A stretch of 64,000 nucleotides of DNA from Methylocystis sp. (GTDB lineage Bacteria > Pseudomonadota > Alphaproteobacteria > Rhizobiales > Beijerinckiaceae). A program made the position numbers and the translations under genes. Positions 22,352 to 33,514 of the stretch are shown here, one piece after another (within the stretch, counting starts at the first letter, position 1; each line of letters opens with the position of its first letter). The notes beneath the pieces were generated by a model, which made no database searches, was not told where the DNA came from, and saw nothing but the letters and a program-made list of their open reading frames with translations. The DNA lies in assembly GCA_046349135.1 (NCBI GenBank), contig JAXMCY010000007.1, positions 38,426 to 102,425 of the forward strand, read 5' to 3'.

Positions 22352-23431
22352 GTGTTCTTCAATATTGATTCCGACGACGGGCGCGTCATCAGGGGCTGGC
22401 TCGCGCCCGACAACCCTTCCGCCGTTCCGAAAATCCTGGTGCGCAGGCCGGGAGAGGACGATGTTGAAATCCTGGCCACGATTGAGCGCCCGGACGTGCG
22501 CGACCTCGGCGTTCACGTCACCGGCCTCGTCGGCTTTATGATTGACGATACCATCGTCAAAGGGTTGTCCGGCATCGAGGATATCGAACTGCTCGAAGCC
22601 GACACCGGAATTCTGATCTATCGGCGATTTAGGGAAGGGAAGCACATCGAGCGCAAATTTTTTCTCTTCGACAGTTCAATTCGCCCCATCGAGAAATTGA
22701 GCGGTCGATCGAGAAATCTGTTCACGCTGGCCTATCCCTCGACGGAGCGCTATGCGTTCGAGACGATGCTGGTGCTCATCAACAATAACTTCAATAAGTC
22801 GATCTTCATGTCGGGGCGCTCAAGCTTCCCGCGCTACTCGCATTTTCTTTCCAATGCGCAATTTACGACGGCGGCGCTGCTGAGCGACCCGTTCGAGGAG
22901 CTTGCGCAGCGCCTGGTGATCCTCAGCCTGATCCAGAAGTCCGACTCGAATCGCATGTTACCGCTGCTCTTTACCGGGCTGACGGCGCTGACCAATTTCG
23001 TGCGCGACTTGCCCTTCGAGGACTCTAAGGGGATGCTCGCGAAATTTCGCAATTTGACTGACGAGGAGCGCGAGGCGGTCGTAAGCCCGATGACGCGAAT
23101 GTTCGGCTGTATCCCGGGCGAGACGCCGGAGCGTCGTCATGTCACGACTGCGCTTGAAAACCTCGCATCGATGGATCTCGTCGGCGTGCGCAGCCGCTTT
23201 CGCGATTTTAGCGCGATGCTCGCAGGAATTCTTGGCCATGACCTCGCGGGGGACTATGAACCCGTGGCGCACCCTGCGATCAGCGCGCTCGCCGATCGAC
23301 TGTCGCGCATCAGCCTTGTCGCTGATCTTCTCGAGGACGATTTGGCGCTATATTCATTCGCCGAGGAGTCGATTGTGTCTGCGCTTTCCGACGACGCCAA
23401 TGTCATCGCGCGCGACACTCAGACCATATGA
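22352..23431 (+). CDS. Hypothetical protein, possibly with a degenerate sulfotransferase-like C-terminal fold
   Basis: GTG start after GGAG; GWLAPDNP, RPDV; LLSDPFEEL and LASMDLVG resemble sulfotransferase-family motifs. Confidence 0.6.
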   Translation: MFFNIDSDDGRVIRGWLAPDNPSAVPKILVRRPGEDDVEILATIERPDVRDLGVHVTGLVGFMIDDTIVKGLSGIEDIELLEADTGILIYRRFREGKHIERKFFLFDSSIRPIEKLSGRSRNLFTLAYPSTERYAFETMLVLINNNFNKSIFMSGRSSFPRYSHFLSNAQFTTAALLSDPFEELAQRLVILSLIQKSDSNRMLPLLFTGLTALTNFVRDLPFEDSKGMLAKFRNLTDEEREAVVSPMTRMFGCIPGETPERRHVTTALENLASMDLVGVRSRFRDFSAMLAGILGHDLAGDYEPVAHPAISALADRLSRISLVADLLEDDLALYSFAEESIVSALSDDANVIARDTQTI

Positions 23432-24723
23432 TCTTCGATGCTTGCGTAGATAAGGGAGATCACCGCCCAGGTCACGAGCAGCCCAAAAAATAGCAGCAAC
23501 GTGTCGACGACAACCTTAGGATAGGTGGCGGACTCGGGCAGAGTCGGCTCGACGACGGTGACGAGATAGAGCTGCTGTTTCTCAAGCTCCTGTCGGGCTC
23601 GATAGTAAGATGTCTGAGCGATCGAATAGAGCTTCTCAGCGAATTGCTCGTCGAGCTTCAGGCGCTCATAGGACGCGATCTGCGCGGAAACTGTGTCGGA
23701 TCCTTCCGTATCCGCAAGTTTCTTCTTAAGCTCGTCGAGTTGCTGATCGATCGCCGCGAGACGCGAGCGTTGCAGGCGTTGGCTGGGCGCGTCGCCCGAA
23801 AGCGATGAAGAAAACGTCGACAGCGCATTGACGATGTCGATGCGCTCCAGCGTGAGCTTCCCCATCAGCTCGCCGATGCTCTTGGCGCGCGAGCCCGGAT
23901 CGATGATGACGTTCTTGTTGCGGAATTGGAGCGTCTTTTCGCGCGCTTCAGCCAGCGTCTGTCGCGAGAGCGTCACTTCAAGTTCGGCGCGGCTCAAGGC
24001 GTCGCCGCGATTGCGCAGCGTGATCTTGTTGACCAACTGTTCGCTGAGCCTGACGATGTCGCGCGCGACGTCGAGCGCGTCCTTGGGAAGAAACGCGTCG
24101 GCGCGCACGGTCAAGATGCCGGACACGGTATCGACGCTGGCTGAAATATGGCTCAGCCAGTATTTCCAGATTTCTTCGGCGTCGGCCTTTCGGCCGAGCC
24201 GCGAGAAATAATCGACGCCGGAGCGCGCAAATTTCTTTTCCATGTAATCGCGGCCGCCTAGATCGGCGACGATCGCTCGGCTCTTGACGTAATTGAGGAC
24301 GATATAGGCGTCCTGCGAGGAAACATCGCCGCCTGTCCCCATCAGTTTACTGACCATCGACGTCGCTTCGGGCCCGGCTTTCTTTTGTTGTTGGGCGCGC
24401 ACGGTCAGCCGAGTCTCGGCGACATAGCGCGAGGACTCCCAGAAGGTTGCGTAAAGCCAGAACAGCAAAGTCGGCAGAGCGACGGCGTAGACAAAACTGC
24501 GTCCGACCAGCCCGCCCCTTGACCCCGCCCGAGCGTTCGCGAGCGTCTCCGACATCCCTTCGATGCTTTGCCGAATCAGGGCCGGCAGTCGGCTTGCGAC
24601 GTCTTTCTTCGTCAGCGGAGCGAGAATCTCAATCGCCTTTGTAGACGAGAGTCGCGCCGCATTCTGCGCTGTGGCGATGACGTCAGTCAGTTTACGCGGT
24701 CTTCGCGCCCGATGCGTGCTCAT
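23419..24723 (-). CDS. Capsule export inner-membrane protein (KpsE-like), copy 2
   Basis: YVAETRL, YVKSRAI, SGILTVRADAF, SEQLVN, PTLPESATYP plus C-terminal TM. Confidence 0.83.
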   Translation of the reverse strand: MSTHRARRPRKLTDVIATAQNAARLSSTKAIEILAPLTKKDVASRLPALIRQSIEGMSETLANARAGSRGGLVGRSFVYAVALPTLLFWLYATFWESSRYVAETRLTVRAQQQKKAGPEATSMVSKLMGTGGDVSSQDAYIVLNYVKSRAIVADLGGRDYMEKKFARSGVDYFSRLGRKADAEEIWKYWLSHISASVDTVSGILTVRADAFLPKDALDVARDIVRLSEQLVNKITLRNRGDALSRAELEVTLSRQTLAEAREKTLQFRNKNVIIDPGSRAKSIGELMGKLTLERIDIVNALSTFSSSLSGDAPSQRLQRSRLAAIDQQLDELKKKLADTEGSDTVSAQIASYERLKLDEQFAEKLYSIAQTSYYRARQELEKQQLYLVTVVEPTLPESATYPKVVVDTLLLFFGLLVTWAVISLIYASIEDHMV

Positions 24724-24896
24724 CTACCCTCAAGTCGCTGACGTGGTTCATGCGCGCGGCTATGTGTGTTGAGGCTGAATCGCTTAAGCGCGTCGATGGG
24801 TTGGTCTACCAGGCGGCCCGACCATCCGGGCGGAGCGGACACTGTTTCCCGCGGCGCAAATTAAGCGGGTCGGGGTTTCGGCGCAAGCGTCTAAAG

Positions 24897-26936
24897 TCAC
24901 GGTAAAGCTTGGGTCGGGGCGTATAGAGACAGGCCGGGATGGAAGTGCGGATCGTCGCGTATGACGGCGCGCCAGCGCGCGTAGAATGCACAACGTTCCG
25001 CTTGGTGGACGCGCTGAAGACGAAGCGTTCCGCCTTTCCGGCTCGCCGACTGAAGATGGATCAAAATGGTCTGCGTGTTGCAGACTGCGCGCCAGCCTCT
25101 CGCGTTCAGGCGCAGGCACAGATCCACATCGTTCAGTTCGATAGGAAGGTTGACTTCGTCGAAGCCGCCGACGTCGTCGAATTTACGCCGTTCGATCATC
25201 ATGCATGCGCCGGTCACCGCCGAAACGTCGTGCGGAAGTACATTACGGTCCAGCCAGCCGCGCTCGTTTTCGTTCAGACCGGCGCCGAAATGGCCGGCGA
25301 CGCCGCCCATGCCGAGCAGGACGCCGGCATGCTGAACGCGGCCGCGGGGATACAGGAGTTTGGCGCCCACGGCGCCAACCTCCGGCGCCCTCGCGAAATA
25401 GAGCAGCCGTTCGATCCAATCCGGCGTTACGATTTCGGTGTCGTTGTTGAGGAATACGAGAAAGTCGCCATCCGCCGCCCGCGCGCCGGCGTTGCAGAGC
25501 GCGGAGAAATTGAAGGGCCCAGGCTCACGCAGGACTTTTAGTCGCACGTCCTTCGCTTGCAGGTCGTCAAGCAACGCCTGGGTGCGCGTTTTGACGCTGT
25601 CATTGTCGACGACGATGACGTCAAATTCAGGATAAAGACTCTTGCGCAGGAGACTGTCGAGGCAGGGCGCGAGGAGATCGGCGCGGTCACGCGTCGGAAT
25701 GATGACGCTTACTTTTGGCGTCTCGCTGCGACATACGGCGTCGATCGTCGTTTGGCGTGTCTTTGAAGGGCGCGCAAGGTGAAACAATGGCCGGCGCAGC
25801 GCGCCGACCTGGTCGTTTTGCGCGGCCGACAGCAGCCCGTCGATCAGTTCGTCGGCGTCGGCTTCCCGCCAGCCGGGGCGTTCCGAAAGAAGACTCGCGC
25901 GAAAGCAGGCCGCGCGGCCGACGTAGTTTTCGAAGCCATGAAGCGTCGCGCTCCAGCCGGGCTTATAGCGCGGGCGCAAGGCTTCGCCTTCGCCGACCGT
26001 TTCATCCGCATAGGCGATCGCATGCTGTGGATGGCGTGCGAAATGCTCGACAAAGTAGCCGCAGGCGTAAGGCTCCAGTCGATCTCCGACGACCAGCGGC
26101 AGAATGAGGTCGCGCGCGTCGATTCGGGCGTCGCCCGTTTTCGCGACGTAGGCGCAATTCGTATAGGACTGCGCCGCGACGCTCGCGCGCGTCGTTTCAA
26201 TATCCTGTGACGTCGCGCCCCGCTCATCGACAAGGGCGACCACCCTCGGCCCGATCGCCCAATCGCTGTAGGGTCGGTCGAGGACGGGGTCGCTCTCACG
26301 CCTTCGGGTGGCGCGCCAGGAGCGATAGGCGGACATGGGCGCGGCGCCGAATGCCCAGCGCCAATTGAGTTCCGACTCCTCTTTCAATTCGACGGCGCCA
26401 GCCGAAAGCGCGAAAAACAGGCGTTTCGGCGCCGCCGCCGCCTTGCGCAGCGCATCGATGCGGCTCACCGGCCGCGCGCTCAAAATGCGGAAGCTGAAAG
26501 GACCGGAGCGATTTGTCGGGCTCACCCAAATCTCCGACGTTTCGCGCGGAACGCGCCCGATCCATGCGCCCGCGCCTTCGCAGGGTCCGGGAAGAATGTT
26601 TTCTTTGAAATTTTCCCCCGGCCTGCCGAGCCAGAATCGCAGAATCGGCCGCACGGGCTCGTCATAAAAGCTCGCCGCATAGCGAAGCTCGACGACTTCG
26701 CCGCAAAACATCCCTTGCAAACCGTCAATGCGCAGCCAAGGCTCTTCCGACAGCGCGAGGAACCGTTCCCCGTCATCGCGAACATCGCGCGCGGCCTTCA
26801 AAGTCACTGGGTCGCCGAGCGCGTCCGACGGCGGCAAATCAGCGCCTCGGCCTCCGGCGCATGCGCGCGCGGCGAAATTGAGCGATGTGGACGGCGATGG
26901 GCGTCGGGGCAATCGCGTGTTGATAATGATCTCCAC
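24897..26936 (-). CDS. Family 2 glycosyltransferase (O-antigen/rhamnan type); start uncertain
   Basis: VSVIIPTRD, FNFSALCN, FLNNDTE, AVTGAC, NDVDLCL. Confidence 0.85.
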   Translation of the reverse strand: MEIIINTRLPRRPSPSTSLNFAARACAGGRGADLPPSDALGDPVTLKAARDVRDDGERFLALSEEPWLRIDGLQGMFCGEVVELRYAASFYDEPVRPILRFWLGRPGENFKENILPGPCEGAGAWIGRVPRETSEIWVSPTNRSGPFSFRILSARPVSRIDALRKAAAAPKRLFFALSAGAVELKEESELNWRWAFGAAPMSAYRSWRATRRRESDPVLDRPYSDWAIGPRVVALVDERGATSQDIETTRASVAAQSYTNCAYVAKTGDARIDARDLILPLVVGDRLEPYACGYFVEHFARHPQHAIAYADETVGEGEALRPRYKPGWSATLHGFENYVGRAACFRASLLSERPGWREADADELIDGLLSAAQNDQVGALRRPLFHLARPSKTRQTTIDAVCRSETPKVSVIIPTRDRADLLAPCLDSLLRKSLYPEFDVIVVDNDSVKTRTQALLDDLQAKDVRLKVLREPGPFNFSALCNAGARAADGDFLVFLNNDTEIVTPDWIERLLYFARAPEVGAVGAKLLYPRGRVQHAGVLLGMGGVAGHFGAGLNENERGWLDRNVLPHDVSAVTGACMMIERRKFDDVGGFDEVNLPIELNDVDLCLRLNARGWRAVCNTQTILIHLQSASRKGGTLRLQRVHQAERCAFYARWRAVIRDDPHFHPGLSLYAPTQALP

Positions 26937-27121
26937 AATGTCGCTTGCCGCGCTCGAAAGATCGCGGTCGATGAATTGCGTCAGACTTGCCGGAACCTAT
27001 GGGCGCGTCAGCATGAGGTCAACACGGGCGCGCGCCCAAAGCTCGAAAAAGCTGATATTAATCCAGATATTGCGTCTCGACGACGTCGGCCTGGGCGCGA
27101 CGGCTGCTCGAACGGTTTTTC

Positions 27122-27150
27122 TTGATTTTCGGTAATTCTCCTGCCATATA
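27122..27150 (+). promoter_or_regulatory. Sigma70-type promoter of the rimP operon
   Basis: TTGATT-N17-CATATA. Confidence 0.55.
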
Positions 27151-27197
27151 AGTCCGAACTTCATCTCATAACGATCATTCTCGGATGATCGCAGCTT

Positions 27198-27235
27198 GAG
27201 AGTGGGGCCCTCCGGGGACCCGCTCTTTTTGTTTT
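27198..27235 (+). promoter_or_regulatory. rimP leader hairpin with T-tract (probable attenuator)
   Basis: GAGAGTGGG...CCCGCTCTT followed by a T-rich tract, just upstream of rimP. Confidence 0.6.
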
Positions 27236-27264
27236 GATTGGCCGAGGAGCCTTAAGGACAACGC

Positions 27265-28017
27265 TTGACGCAAAACGCCGCCGCCGCCATTGCGACCCTC
27301 GACGAACCGCGTCTCGTCACCGATACGGGCGTCGCCGCGCGTGTGGCGCATCTTGTCGAGCCAGTGCTCGCGCAACTGGGCTACCGCCTCGTTCGGGTGC
27401 GCTTGCTGCAGCAAAACGGACAGACTCTGCAAATCATGGCGGAGCGACCGGATGGAACGATGACCATCGACGATTGCGAGGCGGCAAGCCAGGCTTTGTC
27501 GCCGGAACTCGACGTCGCCGACCTCATCGCCAATGAGTATCGCCTGGAGATTTCATCGCCGGGGGTCGACCGTCCGCTTGTGCGCCTGTCGGATTTTCTG
27601 CGCGCCGTGGGCCACGAGGCAAGGATCGAATTGGCGCATCCGCTCGCAAGCGGGCGCAAGCGCTTTCGTGGTCTCATTCGCGGCGTCCAAGGCGAAGGCC
27701 AAGACGCGCTGCTCGCGCTGGAACGCACCGACGCGCGTTCCGACGAGGAAAAGGCCGTTTTGCTCCCGCTCGCCGATCTCGACGAAGGCCGACTGGCGCT
27801 GACCGAGGCGTTGATTCGCGAATCGCTTCGCGCCGGCAAGCTTCAACAGGCCGAAGAGAAGCAGGAGGCGGAGGCGGAGCGCCCGCGTCGCGGACCGGGA
27901 CGCTTTCGCGGCCCCGCGCAACAGAAACAAAAGCCGCTGGCTCCCGCCGGCGTTCAAACTGAATTCAAGAAGGCCGGCGGCAAACCCAAGCCCGCCGGTC
28001 GTTCGAGGGGAGAGTGA
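27265..28017 (+). CDS. rimP: Ribosome maturation factor RimP
   Basis: [31 protein letters not shown]. Confidence 0.93.
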   Translation: MTQNAAAAIATLDEPRLVTDTGVAARVAHLVEPVLAQLGYRLVRVRLLQQNGQTLQIMAERPDGTMTIDDCEAASQALSPELDVADLIANEYRLEISSPGVDRPLVRLSDFLRAVGHEARIELAHPLASGRKRFRGLIRGVQGEGQDALLALERTDARSDEEKAVLLPLADLDEGRLALTEALIRESLRAGKLQQAEEKQEAEAERPRRGPGRFRGPAQQKQKPLAPAGVQTEFKKAGGKPKPAGRSRGE

Positions 28018-28019
28018 CG

Positions 28020-29622
28020 ATGGCCGTCAGCGCCAACCGACTTGAGATTTTGCAGATCGCCGACGCCGTCGCGCGCGAAAAATCGATCGACCGATCGATC
28101 GTCATCGCGTCGATGGAGGACGCGCTGCAGAAGGCGGCGCGCTCGCGCTACGGCCAGGAGACCGAAGTGCGCGCCGAGATCAACGCCAAGACCGGCGAAG
28201 TGCGCTTCTCGCGCCTGCTGCTGGTCGTCGACGAAGTCGAGAATGACGCGACGCAGATTTCACTCGCCGAGGCGCGCAAGCGCAATCCGGCGGCGCAGGC
28301 CGGCGACTGGATCTCGGAGACGTTGCCGCCCTTCGATTTCGGCCGCATCGCGGCGCAATCGGCCAAACAGATCATCGTGCAGAAGGTGCGCGAAGCCGAG
28401 CGCGACCGCCAGTATGAAGAATACAAGGATCGCATCGGCGAAATCGTCAACGGCGTGGTCAAGCGGGTCGAATACGGCAATGTGATCATCGACCTTGGCC
28501 GCGGCGAAGCCATCATCCGCCGCGACGAAATGATACCGCGCGAAATGTTCCGTCCGGGCGACCGCCTCGCGCCTATGTCTACGACGTGCGCCGGGAGCAG
28601 CGCGGTCCGCAGATTTTCCTGTCGCGCACTCATCCGCAATTCATGGCGAAGCTGTTCAAGCAGGAAGTGCCGGAGATCTACGACGGCGTCATCGAGGTGA
28701 AGTCTGTCGCACGCGACCCGGGTTCGCGCGCCAAGATCGCGGTGGTCTCGCGCGACTCTTCGATCGACCCGGTCGGGGCCTGCGTCGGCATGCGCGGCTC
28801 CCGCGTTCAGGCCGTTGTCGGCGAATTGCAGGGCGAACGCATCGACATCATCCCCTGGTCGGCTGACGCCGCGACCTTCATCGTCAACGCGCTGCAGCCC
28901 GCGGAAGTGGTCAAGGTCGTCCTCGATGAAGACAGTTCGCGTATCGAGGTCGTCGTTCCCGACGATCAGCTTTCGCTCGCGATTGGCCGTCGCGGCCAGA
29001 ATGTGCGTCTCGCCTCGCAGCTGACCGGCTGGGACATCGACATTCTGACCGAGGCCGAAGAGTCGGAGCGCCGGCAGAGGGAATTTATCGAGCGCACCAA
29101 AGTTTTCATGGGCGCCATCGACGTCGACGAAGTGGTCGGCCGTCTGCTCGCTTCGAAGGCTTCCGCTCGGTCGAGGAGCTCGCCTATGTCGATCTTCCCG
29201 AGCTCGCGTCGATCGAAGGCTTCGACGAGGAGACGGCGGCCGAAATTCAGAACCGCGCCAAGAATTACCTCGAGCGCATCGAGGCCGAAAATGAAGCGCG
29301 CCGCAAAGAGCTCGGCGTCGCCGATGAATTGCGCGAGATCGACGGCCTCACCACCGCGATGATGGTGAAGCTTGGCGAAAACGAGGTGAAGACGATCGAG
29401 GATTTCGCCGGCTGCGTGCCGGACGACCTTGTTGGCTGGAGCGAAAAGAAAGACGGCGAAACGGTCAAGCACGAGGGCTTCTTCGAGGGCGTCGACCTCT
29501 CGCGCGAAGAGGCCGAAGCGATGATCATGGGCGCGCGGGTGCGCGCCGGCTGGATCGAGGAGCCCGTTGCGGCGGCCGAGGTCGAGGCCGAAGCTCAGCC
29601 GCAGGGTGAACAGCCGGCATGA
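28020..29622 (+). CDS. nusA: Transcription termination factor NusA (frameshifts near 28567 and 29153)
   Basis: [56 protein letters not shown] spread over three frames. Confidence 0.93.
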
Positions 29623-30290
29623 TGGAAAGCATGGCGCGCGCCCCGCATGTTTCGGAGCGGACCTGCATCGTGACGCGCCAGCAGGGCGCGCCCGAGGCGA
29701 TGATCCGCTTCGTGCGCGGCCCTGACGGCGCGCTCGCGCCCGATATCGCGGCGCGCCTGCCTGGTCGAGGCGTCTGGGTGACGGCCCGCGCCGATCTGGT
29801 CAAGCAGGCGGCGCGCAAGCAATTGTTCGCGCGCTCTCTGAAAACGCGGGTCGATGCGGCGCCGCAGCTTGCCGATGACGTCGACCGGTTACTCGAAGCC
29901 GATTGTCTACGGATGCTGTCGCTCGCCAATAAGGCGGGCGCGGTCATGGCGGGCTTCGGCAAGGTCGCCGACGCTCTCGCGCAGGGCTCGGTCGCCGCGC
30001 TTGTCGAAGCGCGCGACGGCGGCGAAGACGGCAAGCGGAAGCTTGCCCAAGCGGCGCGGCGCGCGGGGTTTGCGGCGCCCGTCATCGGCTTATTTTCGTC
30101 GCTGCAATTGGATTTGGCGTTAGGCCGCACAAATGTGATACATGCTGCCCTCGCCGAGGGCGGGGCAAGCACGGCTTTTGTCGCGCGATGCCGTCGACTT
30201 GCATCCTATCGGGACGTAAGCATCGACGGCGCGACGGGGATGGGCGAAGAGATCGAAGCGAAGCCGGACGGCGACGCGGAAGAAGGTTAA
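29619..30290 (+). CDS. YlxR (DUF448)/L7Ae-like RNA-binding protein
   Basis: ERTCIVTR, IRFVRGPDG, LPGRGVW, ALGRTNVIHAAL; position between nusA and infB. Confidence 0.88.
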   Translation: MMESMARAPHVSERTCIVTRQQGAPEAMIRFVRGPDGALAPDIAARLPGRGVWVTARADLVKQAARKQLFARSLKTRVDAAPQLADDVDRLLEADCLRMLSLANKAGAVMAGFGKVADALAQGSVAALVEARDGGEDGKRKLAQAARRAGFAAPVIGLFSSLQLDLALGRTNVIHAALAEGGASTAFVARCRRLASYRDVSIDGATGMGEEIEAKPDGDAEEG

Positions 30291-30320
30291 CGGGTCGAGC
30301 GACCCAGGATCGGGAACTGG

Positions 30321-32932
30321 ATGAGCGAAGGCGAGAACAGCGGCGACAAAACTTTGACCGTCGCGCCGTCGAAGACGTTGCACTTGAAGCAGCGACCGGT
30401 CGAGCACGGCATGGTCCGCCAGAGCTTCTCCCATGGCCGCTCAAAAGTGGTCGTGGTCGAGAAGGTGAAGCGCCGCGCCCCCGGGCACGTGGAAACGGCG
30501 AAGCCGGCCGGCGCGCCTGCGGCGGCCGCGGCGCCCGCGGAGTCGCCTAAGCCCACGCCGAAATCTGAGGTCCAGCGTCCTGCGCCGGCGTCGCGTCCCG
30601 GCTCGGGCTCCGGGGTCGTGCTGCGCGCGCTGACCGACGAAGAGCGTGAGGCGCGCACCCGCGCCCTGGTCGACGCCAAATCGCGCGAAGAGGAAGATCG
30701 TCGCCGCGCCGAAATCGATGCGAAGGCGCGGGAAGAGCGCGACGAACGGGAGCGCGCCGAACGCGCCGCGGCCGACGCGCGCAAGCGCGAGGAAGAAGAG
30801 CGTCTCGCACGGGAAGCCGAGTCGAAGCGAAAATCCGAGGAAGAGGCGCGTCGTCGACTGCCGCCGGAAGCCGCTGGCCTGACGACGACTCCGCGCCCCG
30901 CGCCCGGTCCCGCGACGCCGCGTCCAGCAGCCGCGCGCCCCGCCGGAGAGGCCGAGCAGCCGCGCCGCCCGCCGGTGCGCCAGATCGGCGGCTTTGCGCC
31001 TCCGACGCCGCCCCGGCCGGCGCCGTCTCGCGGCGGCGCCATGAAGGATCGCGGTCGACTGACGGTCTCGACCGCGACCGCGGGAACCGACGAAGAACGC
31101 ACCCGCTCCGTCGCCTCCTTCAAGCGCCGCCAGCAGCGGCTGTTCCGCGGCCAGGTGGAGCAGAAGGAAAAGATCGCGCGCGAAGTCGTTCTGCCAGAGA
31201 CGATCACCATTCAGGAACTCGCGAACCGAATGTCGGAGCGCGCGGTCGACGTCATCCGTCTGCTGATGAAGCAGGGCGAGATGCATAAGATCAACGACGT
31301 TATCGACGCCGACACGGCGCAGCTCGTCGCCGAGGAAATGGGGCACACGGTCAAGCGCGTCGCCGAATCCGACGTCGAGGAGGGTCTGTTCGACACGCCC
31401 GACGTCGAGACCGACCTCGAACCGCGCCCGCCGGTCGTCACCATCATGGGGCACGTCGACCATGGCAAGACGTCGCTGCTTGACGCCATCCGTCACGCCA
31501 ATGTCGTCGCTGGCGAGGCGGGCGGCATCACCCAGCATATCGGCGCTTACCAGGTCACGTCGCCGGGCGGGCATCCGATCACCTTCATCGATACGCCGGG
31601 CCACGCCGCCTTCACCGCGATGCGCGCGCGGGCGCCAAGGTGACCGACATTGTCGTTCTGGTCGTCGCGGCTGACGACGGCGTCATGCCGCAGACCATCG
31701 AGGCGATCAATCACGCTCGCGCCGCTCATGTGCCGCTGATCGTCGCCATCAATAAGATCGACAAGCCGGACGCCAAGCCCGAGAGGGTGCGCACCGAACT
31801 GCTGCGCACGAAGTGCAGGTCGAATCCCTGGGCGGCGAGACGCTCGAAGTCGAAGTCTCGGCGAAGCAGAAGTCCAACCTCGACAAGCTGCTCGAACTCA
31901 TCGCTTTGCAGGCCGAGGTGCTCGACCTCAAGGCGAACGCGGATCGCGCCGCCGAAGGCACGGTCATCGAGGCGCGTCTCGACAAGGGCCGTGGCCCGGT
32001 CGCGACCATGCTGGTCCAGCGCGGCACGCTTCGTGTCGGCGACATTGTCGTGGCGGGAACCTACGGGGACGCGCGCGCGCTGCTCGACGATCAGGGCGCT
32101 TCGCGTCAAGAGGGAGGCCCGAGCTTCCCCGTCGAAATCCTCGGCTTCAACGGCACGCCGGAGGCGGCGACCGCGTCGCTGTCGTTGACCGGAGGCGCGC
32201 GCGAGGGAGATCACCGAATATCGCGAGCGGATGAAGCGCGACAAGATTGCAGCGCGCGGCGGTTCTGCGCGCGGTTCGCTCTCCGACATGATGAGCCAGC
32301 TCAAGACGGCGGGCCGGAAGGAATTTCCGCTCGTCATCAAGGGCGACGTGCAGGGTTCGGTCGAAGCTATGGCCGCCGCGGCGCTCGAAAAGCTCGGCAC
32401 TGACGAGGTCGGCGCCCGAGTGGTGCATGCCGGCGTCGGCGGCATCTCGGAGTCCGATATCTCGCTCGCCGAAGCCTCCAACGCCGCGGTCATCGGCTTC
32501 AATGTGCGCGCCCACAAAGAGGCGCGCGACGCGGCTGATCGCGCCGGCATCGAGATCCGCCATTACAACATCATCTACAATCTAGTGGATGACGTGAAGG
32601 CGGCGATGTCCGGCCTGTTGGCGCCGACACTGCGCGAAACGCTGCTCGGCAACGCGACGATCCTCGAAGTCTTCGACATTTCTAAGGTCGGCAAGGTCGC
32701 TGGCTGCCGCGTCACCGACGGCAATGTCGAGCGCGGCGCCAATGTCCGGTTGATTCGCGACAATGTCGTCGTTCATGAAGGCAAGCTTTCGACGCTCAAG
32801 CGCTTCAAGGACGAAGTCAAGGAAGTCGCCGCCGGACAGGAATGCGGCATGGCCTTTGAGAATTATCAGGACATGCGCGCGGGCGACGTCATCGAGTGCT
32901 ACCGCGTCGAGGAAATCAAGCGAACGCTCTGA
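30321..32932 (+). CDS. infB: Translation initiation factor IF-2 (several frameshifts, about 31630-32220)
   Basis: [66 protein letters not shown]. Confidence 0.95.
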
Positions 32933-32941
32933 GCGGGCAAT

Positions 32942-33066
32942 GCCCCCTCCCTTCCCTCCCCCGCTAAAGCGGGAGAGGGACGCTAGCGATTCAGGTTTGC
33001 GCAATACGCTGGGACCGCCGAGTCTTCTCCCTCTCCTGCGAAGCGGGGGAGGGCTGGGAGGGGGGT
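32942..33066. repeat. Rhizobiales-type intergenic palindromic element (CCCTCCCCCGC..GCGGGAGAGGG doublet)
   Basis: Two related hairpins in inverted orientation with CCCCCTCCC / GGGAGGGGG ends, between infB and rbfA. Confidence 0.7.
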
Positions 33067-33082
33067 TAAAGTACAGGTCTTC

Positions 33083-33514
33083 ATGTCCAGAGCCCATCAC
33101 TCACACACCGGCGCGCCGTCGCAGCGCATGTTGCGCGTCGCCGAGCTCGTGCGGCACGCTATGGCGCAAATGCTCTCGCGTGGCGACATCAACGATCCCG
33201 TGCTGGAAAAGCATGTCGTCACGGTTTCGCGCGTGAAGATGAGTCCCGATCTCAAGCTTGCGACGATTTACGTCATCCCGCTCGGCGGCCAGGATGAACC
33301 GCAGGTGCTCGCGGCGCTCGATCGCCACAAGCGATCTCCTTGCGCGGCGAGATCGCCCATGAGGTGAATTTGAAATTCGCGCCAGAGATCCGCTTTCGCA
33401 TCGACGACACATTCGACAATGTGTCGCGCATCTGATGCGCTGCTCAGCTCGGAACATGTGAAGCGCGATCTCGCCTGCGGCGACGACGCCGAAGAGGATG
33501 GCGTCAAGGAATGA
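33083..33514 (+). CDS. rbfA: Ribosome-binding factor A (frameshifted)
   Basis: [23 protein letters not shown], then [15 protein letters not shown] in another frame; ATGA overlap with truB. Confidence 0.9.

Noticed and set aside
28560-33440. Programmed frameshifting or pseudogenisation of nusA, infB and rbfA
   Set aside because: Too many breaks, no slippery-site pattern, and the genes are core; assembly error is simpler
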